This document shows positions 58,760 through 64,000 of a DNA stretch of 64,000 bases, in pieces. The stretch spans positions 510 to 64,509 of the forward strand of contig CAXFOB010000002.1 of assembly GCA_964004625.1 (NCBI GenBank). The letters are read 5' to 3'. Source of the DNA: an uncultured Flavobacteriales bacterium. GTDB taxonomy: Bacteria > Bacteroidota > Bacteroidia > Flavobacteriales > BACL11. The notes beneath the pieces were generated by a model that had not been told where the DNA came from, did no database searches, and was given only the letters and a program-made list of their open reading frames with translations. The stretch's first letter is position 1; the number at the start of each line of letters is the position of its first letter. A program made the translations under genes and the position numbers.

Positions 58760-58942
58760 TTATTTTATTTCTTTATGAATCGTCACTTTTTTCAAAACAG
58801 GATTGAATTTTTTCAATTCCATTCTATCTGGAGTGTTCTTTTTGTTTTTAGTAGTGATGTATCTTGAAGTACCTGGCATACCTGAAGATTTATGCTCTGT
58901 ACACTCTAAAATCACCTGAACTCTATTTCCTTTTTTAGCCAT
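58760..58942 (-). CDS. rpmG: 50S ribosomal protein L33
   Basis: MAKKGNRV...LECTEHK...[22 protein letters not shown]; 60 aa. Confidence 0.95.
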   Translation of the reverse strand: MAKKGNRVQVILECTEHKSSGMPGTSRYITTKNKKNTPDRMELKKFNPVLKKVTIHKEIK

Positions 58943-58964
58943 TTTATCGTTATTTTTCGGAATG

Positions 58965-58972
58965 CAAATTTA
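58965..58972 (-). promoter_or_regulatory. putative -7 promoter box (TAAATTTG) for rpmG
   Basis: Exact TAnnTTTG match on the minus strand, 22 nt upstream of the ATG at 58942. Confidence 0.5.
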
Positions 58973-58996
58973 ACTAAATAATCTTAAAATCAAATA

Positions 58997-60649
58997 TTAT
59001 TTTAGTTTTTTAATATCTAATAAAAATAATTCCTCTTTCACTTTAAATTCTGATAAATCTATCCTACCTAAACTTATTTCCTTCCACATCTTTTCAGGAT
59101 AAATCCAAAAATCATCTTTTCCAGAATTTACTAGTATTGGCATATCAAATTCTTCTATCGCCTCCCACCTATATTTTAGTGTGATGTTTCTACCTTCTCG
59201 TATTAACTGATATTGAAATTCTGGCAAACTAGTATTATATAAATATTGATTGAAAAATACTGTAAAATCCTTTCCTGTCCTCTGAATAATATAATCTATC
59301 ACTTGTTTCGCATCGATAGTCTGATATTCAAACTCATCTAATATTCCGATTAAAATAGAAAACCATAACTCATCATCTTCTAGTAATGTTCGTAGGGTAT
59401 GTAGCATTACAGAACCTTTGTGATACATATCTCCACTTCCTTTATGGTTTACATGATAACAACCTACAATTGGTTTATTGTTTCTGATAAATCTTTTCTG
59501 ATTATTTACATATTTCAACATCTCATCATACCCATACAAACACTCTACATATAAAGCTTCAGAATAGGTACAAAAACCTTCATGTATCCACATATCTGCA
59601 ATGTCGTTTGTAGTAACAGAATTTCCCCACCATTCATGTCCTGTTTCGTGCACAATAATATAATCAAATTCTAATCCTCCAGAATAATCTAAACTACCAC
59701 GATATCCAGGTAAATATCTATTTCCATAAGCTATGGCAGATTGATGTTCCATTCCTAAATAAGGGGTTTCTACCAATGCAAAACCATCATTCCAAAATGG
59801 ATATCTCCCAAAATAATTTTCAAAACACTTTAACATAGGTTTTACCTGTTTAAAATGTTTCCGGGCCTTTTCCACATTATAAGACAACACATAATAACTT
59901 AAATCTAGAGTATCCTCACTACTAATGTATTCATCCTGAAAGCACACATAATCACCTATATTTAGTGTTACATCATAATTGTTTATAGGATAAGACACAA
60001 ACCATTCCGACTGATTAAAATACCCCTGGAAATAATCGTACCAAACTGTTGTATCTCTTCTTAAGTTTCCATTACAAACCACTTTACTAGGATATCTAGC
60101 AGAAACTGTTATACTCATACTATCTGGTTCATCTGATTGGTGATCCTTGTTTGGCCACCAAACACTCGCTCCTAATCCCTGACAAGAAACTCCAATCCAA
60201 GGATTATCATTTTTATCTTTTTTCCATGAGAAACCTCCATCCCAAGGAGGATTTATAGCCTCTTTAGGGTATCCTGTATACCAAACTTTTATTGTAGAAT
60301 TTTCTCCTTTTAGTATTGTTCTAGGAAATTGTATAAATACTGCATCATATTCTCTAGTAAATAGTAATTCTGTTTCTTCAAATTCAATTAGGAGAATCTC
60401 CAAATTTTTAGATAAATCTACTTGGAACTCATCAAAATCAGAAAGAGCAGTAAAATGAATTTTATTATAGGACCTTTCTAAAGTCCTCTCTTTTTCATCT
60501 ACTATTACAAACAAATCATAATAGGTAACGTCATAACAAGTCCTAAAGGGAGTAAGAGACCCTCTCAAAGAATCTTTTCTATTGAAATCTTGAGAGTTAG
60601 AATCTAAGACAATAAGAAGTGATATTCCTAAAAGAAGAATTTTTCGCAT
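58997..60649 (-). CDS. M1-family zinc metallopeptidase (secreted)
   Basis: HETGHEWWGN followed by E 19 residues after the second His (HExxH-x18-E), upstream GMEHQ exopeptidase-like motif, and a signal peptide from the ATG at 60649 (MRKILLLGISLLIV). Confidence 0.8.
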   Translation of the reverse strand: MRKILLLGISLLIVLDSNSQDFNRKDSLRGSLTPFRTCYDVTYYDLFVIVDEKERTLERSYNKIHFTALSDFDEFQVDLSKNLEILLIEFEETELLFTREYDAVFIQFPRTILKGENSTIKVWYTGYPKEAINPPWDGGFSWKKDKNDNPWIGVSCQGLGASVWWPNKDHQSDEPDSMSITVSARYPSKVVCNGNLRRDTTVWYDYFQGYFNQSEWFVSYPINNYDVTLNIGDYVCFQDEYISSEDTLDLSYYVLSYNVEKARKHFKQVKPMLKCFENYFGRYPFWNDGFALVETPYLGMEHQSAIAYGNRYLPGYRGSLDYSGGLEFDYIIVHETGHEWWGNSVTTNDIADMWIHEGFCTYSEALYVECLYGYDEMLKYVNNQKRFIRNNKPIVGCYHVNHKGSGDMYHKGSVMLHTLRTLLEDDELWFSILIGILDEFEYQTIDAKQVIDYIIQRTGKDFTVFFNQYLYNTSLPEFQYQLIREGRNITLKYRWEAIEEFDMPILVNSGKDDFWIYPEKMWKEISLGRIDLSEFKVKEELFLLDIKKLK

Positions 60650-60675
60650 TTCAAAAAAATTTCTAAAATAAATAA

Positions 60676-61293
60676 TTATTTTGAAAGCGTAATGTGACAA
60701 TTGGTACTAAAAGGAGGTAATGGAAAAGGTATATTAGGAATTGAAATTTCTCCTGAATATGTTAAGTCCATATATCCAGAGTTTTCTGATTCTATTTTAC
60801 CATCACCTTCAATATCAACATCTATAGGAGATCCCATTCCTATAGGATCAATCGGAACTGTTTGGGTAGGAACAGTAACATTCCCTTCTACATCAATCTC
60901 CCCTGAAATTTGTGTTCCGTCAATATCTATAAATAACATATTATCTGATAGTCCTTGTACATCGATAGATTCAGGAAGTTGGTCATTCAGTGAAATAGAT
61001 TGCCCTAAAATATCTATGTCTTCACAATCAGGATTAATCTCCCATAATCCTTGAGCTAAATCATAAGCATACTCACAACTTTCATCATCAATATTCACGG
61101 AAGCATCATAATTCATCGCTAATGTATCCATACACCCAATTACCTTATCTATACATGATTCATCGTCAATTTGAGCATCTGGATTATAATTAAATGCATT
61201 AGGATCCATACATCCAGGTTCTTTTTTACAAGATGTAAATGAAATAGAAACTGCTATAAATAGCAATAACATTAAATTTAAATGTGTTTTCAT
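60676..61293 (-). CDS. hypothetical lipoprotein with duplicated Cys-bracketed motif
   Basis: Lipobox FTSC, then GCMDPNAFNYNPDAQIDDESC and GCMDTLAMNYDASVNIDDESC, followed by an acidic beta-rich domain. Confidence 0.65.
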   Translation of the reverse strand: MKTHLNLMLLLFIAVSISFTSCKKEPGCMDPNAFNYNPDAQIDDESCIDKVIGCMDTLAMNYDASVNIDDESCEYAYDLAQGLWEINPDCEDIDILGQSISLNDQLPESIDVQGLSDNMLFIDIDGTQISGEIDVEGNVTVPTQTVPIDPIGMGSPIDVDIEGDGKIESENSGYMDLTYSGEISIPNIPFPLPPFSTNCHITLSK

Positions 61294-61321
61294 TTGATAA
61301 TGTTTTAAAAAGTTTTTAAAT

Positions 61322-61354
61322 AAAAAAAGTTGTCATCAAAGATAACAACTTTTT
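61322..61354 (-). terminator. intrinsic terminator downstream of rpmB
   Basis: On the minus transcript: GTTGTTATC-TTT-GATGACAAC (9 bp, one mismatch) followed by TTTTTTT. It lies 26 nt past the rpmB stop. Confidence 0.65.
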
Positions 61355-61375
61355 ATAATTATATAAGTAAACGGA

Positions 61376-61615
61376 TTAAACTAGAATATTTCCATTTGCT
61401 TTTGCTTCTGCTAATACAGCAGATATTCCTTTTTTATCAATAGTTCTAAGCGCATTTGCAGAAACTTTTAGTACAACCCACTCTCCAGTTTCAGGCACAA
61501 AAAACTTTTTAGTGTGTAAGTTAGGGTAAAATTTTCTTTTAGTATGGTTCTTAGCATGAGAAACATTGTTTCCTACCATTACTTTCTTTCCTGTTATTTC
61601 ACAAATTCTTGACAT
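61376..61615 (-). CDS. rpmB: 50S ribosomal protein L28
   Basis: [11 protein letters not shown]...GNNVSHA.N.TKR.F.PNL. I chose the ATG at 61615 because the track's TTG at 61642 lies inside a -7 box. Confidence 0.95.
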   Translation of the reverse strand: MSRICEITGKKVMVGNNVSHAKNHTKRKFYPNLHTKKFFVPETGEWVVLKVSANALRTIDKKGISAVLAEAKANGNILV

Positions 61616-61639
61616 GATTCTTGATTTATTTTGAGTTCG

Positions 61640-61647
61640 CAAATATA
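61640..61647 (-). promoter_or_regulatory. putative -7 promoter box (TATATTTG) for rpmB
   Basis: Exact TAnnTTTG match on the minus strand, 24 nt upstream of the ATG at 61615. Confidence 0.5.
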
Positions 61648-61658
61648 AACAGATTCTT

Positions 61659-62138
61659 TTATTTATTACTAAAAATAAATAATTTTATTTCAGATAGTAA
61701 AATCTGTAATGCAGATTCTATTACTTTATCTGTTATCTCCTTTCTATTACCGGAGAAATGAAATTCCTTCACTAGTATGTTTATTGGGGATTTTACAGAT
61801 ATAAATACCTTTCCAACCTTTTTCCCTTTCGGTCCGGTATATCCAGTTGTTGAAACAGAAAAATCAGAAAAAAACTTTTGGGAAACACCTATTGACATTT
61901 GCTCTACAACACTACGACTTACCACCGAAAAAGTATTTATATCTTCTTCTTTTATTCCTAAATCTCTGATTTTACTTACATTTGAATAAGCTACTATCCC
62001 ACCTAAAAAATAAGAAGAACTACCTGGTATTGAACAAATAGATGAAGATATACCTCCGGCAGAACAACTTTCAGCAACAGATAATGTTAGTTTATTTTCT
62101 GTAAGAAGCTTTGCTATTGAAAGCACAACATCTTTCAT
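61659..62138 (-). CDS. CinA-family protein (PncC-like nicotinamide-nucleotide amidase domain)
   Basis: [29 protein letters not shown] blocks; 159 aa stand-alone C-terminal CinA domain. Confidence 0.8.
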   Translation of the reverse strand: MKDVVLSIAKLLTENKLTLSVAESCSAGGISSSICSIPGSSSYFLGGIVAYSNVSKIRDLGIKEEDINTFSVVSRSVVEQMSIGVSQKFFSDFSVSTTGYTGPKGKKVGKVFISVKSPINILVKEFHFSGNRKEITDKVIESALQILLSEIKLFIFSNK

Positions 62139-62139
62139 A

Positions 62140-63027
62140 CTAAAAAGCGGTAGTTGGTTTTGTGCGGTGAACTCTAGTTTCTGGATGAATACTCATTACT
62201 GGGATATCAGAATTATATATAAGAGTTCGAGCAGTAACGGATAAACTATCAGAAAAAGACCCTTCCTTTTTAGTCATAATCATAATTAAATCCGACTCAA
62301 AATTCTTTTCATAATCCAAAACAGCTTCTGCTAAAGATATCTTTTTTTCTGCTTCTAATAATTCTGCAGTACATTTTACTCCGGCATTCGTAATAAAATC
62401 CTTTACTAAATTAAGATTTCTTAGTAAATGACTTCTAACATTTTCATTATCCTTAAGTACAACAGAAACGACACGAACAGTAGAGTCCCAATACCTAGCG
62501 TATTCCAATGCGTAAGACACCTTTTCTTTTGTTTCTTTTTCCAAATCTAAAGGAAGAATTATATTATCACAACCCTGTTTATGATTTTTACCTTTTATAG
62601 TAATTACCGGACATTTTGCAGAACGAACGACTTTTTCTGCATTTGAACCAATAAATTTCTTTGCAAGCCCTTTAGGAGATCCATTTGTTCCCATAACAAT
62701 CAAATCTACAGAAATCATATCTGCTACTTCACATACTTTTTCATAAACAGATCCTTTTGCAACCATTGTTTCTATATCAACTCCTAATTTCTCGGAATAC
62801 TCCTTTGCAATTTCATTTAGTTTAGATGAAATTCTCTTTTTAATTTTCTCATCTTCTATTTGATTATCTGATAAAATATCAAATATGGAATGTTTCTCTT
62901 CCATAACAGATAATAAAACAACTTCTGAATTTTTAATCTTCGCCAAATTAATAGCTTGTTCCATAGCAACAATAGATTGATCAGAAAAACCAACAGGAAC
63001 TAGAATTTTACTTGCTGTATTAGTCAT
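62140..63027 (-). CDS. universal stress protein (tandem Usp domains)
   Basis: Two Usp halves, each ending in a G..G....GS..E.V.R...CPV-type block (MGTNGS...IGSNAEKVVRSAKCPVITI). Confidence 0.8.
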   Translation of the reverse strand: MTNTASKILVPVGFSDQSIVAMEQAINLAKIKNSEVVLLSVMEEKHSIFDILSDNQIEDEKIKKRISSKLNEIAKEYSEKLGVDIETMVAKGSVYEKVCEVADMISVDLIVMGTNGSPKGLAKKFIGSNAEKVVRSAKCPVITIKGKNHKQGCDNIILPLDLEKETKEKVSYALEYARYWDSTVRVVSVVLKDNENVRSHLLRNLNLVKDFITNAGVKCTAELLEAEKKISLAEAVLDYEKNFESDLIMIMTKKEGSFSDSLSVTARTLIYNSDIPVMSIHPETRVHRTKPTTAF

Positions 63028-63048
63028 AATTTACTATTTTTGATTCCG

Positions 63049-63056
63049 CAAAATTA
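63049..63056 (-). promoter_or_regulatory. putative -7 promoter box (TAATTTTG) for the Usp-CinA operon
   Basis: Exact TAnnTTTG match on the minus strand, 21 nt upstream of the ATG at 63027. Confidence 0.5.
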
Positions 63057-63080
63057 CATATTATTATGTGATATAATTGC

Positions 63081-63111
63081 AAAAAAATTGTGAAAAAATT
63101 GTGAAAAAATG
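63081..63111 (+). repeat. 2.7 tandem copies of the 11-bp unit AAAAAATTGTG; phased A6-7 tracts running into the start codon
   Basis: Read directly: AAAAAATTGTG (63082-63092), AAAAAATTGTG (63093-63103), AAAAAATG (63104-63111, containing the ATG at 63109). Confidence 0.9.
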
Positions 63112-63969
63112 AAGGTTATAAAAGATACTGAATTAATAATTACGCAAGATAAAAAAATATATCACCTAAATCTGAATAAAAACCAAATTGCAGAAGATAT
63201 TATATTAGTTGGTGATCAAGATCGAGTTACGCAAATCAGTAAACATTTTGACTCTATTGAACATAAGATGCAACACAGAGAATTTGTAACACATACGGGA
63301 AGTTATAAAGGAAAACAAATTAGTGTAATTTCTACAGGTATTGGATGCGATAATATTGACATTGTTATAAACGAACTAGACGCTCTAGTAAATATTGATT
63401 TTGACACTAAAACCATAAATACTAAAAAGAAGAAATTGAACCTTATCCGATTAGGAACTTCTGGAGCTTTACAAGAAGATATTCCTGTAGACACATTTGT
63501 ATTATCAGAATATACAATTGGATTTGATGGACTTGCACATTTTTACCAAGAAACAGAATGTATGGAGTCAGAAATGAGAGACGCGTTCATACAACATTCT
63601 TACTGGCCCCAAAGATTATCGGAACCTTATATTATACCTGCTTCTGAAAATTTACTTCAGAAGTTTAAAGGATTTATAGGAGGAATTACCGCAACTGCTT
63701 CCGGATTTTACGCCCCGCAAGGAAGAGAATTAAGATTAAAATCCGCAATCCCGGATATGCATCAAAAACTAAACACTTTTAGATTTAACGGATATAAAAT
63801 ATGCAACTTTGAGATGGAAAGTTCGGCTCTTTACTTTTTAGGACAATCATTAGGACATAACACCCTTACAATTTGTGCTATTATAGGAAACAGAATCAAA
63901 CAAAGTCAATCAGAAAACTATAAAGAAACAGTAGAAAAATTAATACAAGAAGTATTAGAAAAGATATAA
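63109..63969 (+). CDS. nucleoside phosphorylase (PNP/UDP family 1, uridine-phosphorylase-like)
   Basis: VGDQDRV, STGIG, RLGTSGAL, FEMES blocks typical of the PNP_UDP_1 family. Confidence 0.8.
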   Translation: MKVIKDTELIITQDKKIYHLNLNKNQIAEDIILVGDQDRVTQISKHFDSIEHKMQHREFVTHTGSYKGKQISVISTGIGCDNIDIVINELDALVNIDFDTKTINTKKKKLNLIRLGTSGALQEDIPVDTFVLSEYTIGFDGLAHFYQETECMESEMRDAFIQHSYWPQRLSEPYIIPASENLLQKFKGFIGGITATASGFYAPQGRELRLKSAIPDMHQKLNTFRFNGYKICNFEMESSALYFLGQSLGHNTLTICAIIGNRIKQSQSENYKETVEKLIQEVLEKI

Positions 63970-63971
63970 AA

Positions 63972-63997
63972 AAATCCCTACCAAAAGATAGGGATTT
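63972..63997 (+). terminator. probable intrinsic terminator of the nucleoside phosphorylase gene
   Basis: Perfect 9-bp stem AAATCCCTA-n8-TAGGGATTT starting 3 nt after the stop. The window ends before the tail can be judged. Confidence 0.5.
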
Positions 63998-64000
63998 AAT

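Noticed and set aside
1-64000. Searched by eye for CRISPR arrays, rRNA/tRNA/tmRNA genes, riboswitch-sized leaders, transposases, phage genes, restriction-modification and other defence genes.
   Set aside because: None was found. No non-coding gap exceeds about 310 nt, and the large gaps are featureless AT-rich DNA or the frame-broken lipoprotein gene. This was visual inspection only, so covariance-model scans (tRNAscan, Infernal/Rfam) should confirm it.

Overview
This is a visibly AT-rich (roughly 30% G+C by eye, not computed), very gene-dense chromosomal window. It looks like a Bacteroidota / Flavobacteriia-type genome. The evidence is two proteins with T9SS C-terminal sorting domains, CarboxypepD_reg-type TonB-dependent receptors, the small DUF4295 gene next to rpmG, and TAnnTTTG -7 promoter boxes in front of about 19 genes. 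I call 54 intact protein-coding genes and one frame-disrupted gene. Nearly all are core housekeeping: aroQ, xerD, pyrD, smpB, sucC, parC/parE, ychF, split transketolase, pcm, pheT, rarA, kdsA, rimO, ftsY, rpmB, rpmG. Interspersed are secreted or outer-membrane proteins. I found no rRNA, tRNA, CRISPR array, transposase, phage or defence genes. Two real-looking genes are invisible in the ORF track: a 50-aa DUF4295 gene (58601-58753) and a 148-codon start-less MORN-variant lipoprotein frame (1542-1999) that one extra base in an A10 run would restore. Several TTG starts in the track fall inside -7 promoter boxes, so I moved those starts to the downstream ATG. I do not see a convincing, clearly novel multi-gene system. 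The best leads are listed here. (1) The homopolymer-interrupted lipoprotein overlapping the aroQ stop. (2) A DtxR-type operator between a TonB-dependent receptor and a DtxR-family regulator / ZIP permease operon. (3) A 2.4-kb two-gene insertion splitting the conserved rpmB-rpmG-DUF4295-ftsY-rimO block. (4) A dihydroorotase homologue that appears to have lost most metal-binding histidines. (5) A translationally coupled lipoprotein plus outer-membrane-like pair of unknown function. All functional calls come from motif recognition by eye; no searches were run.
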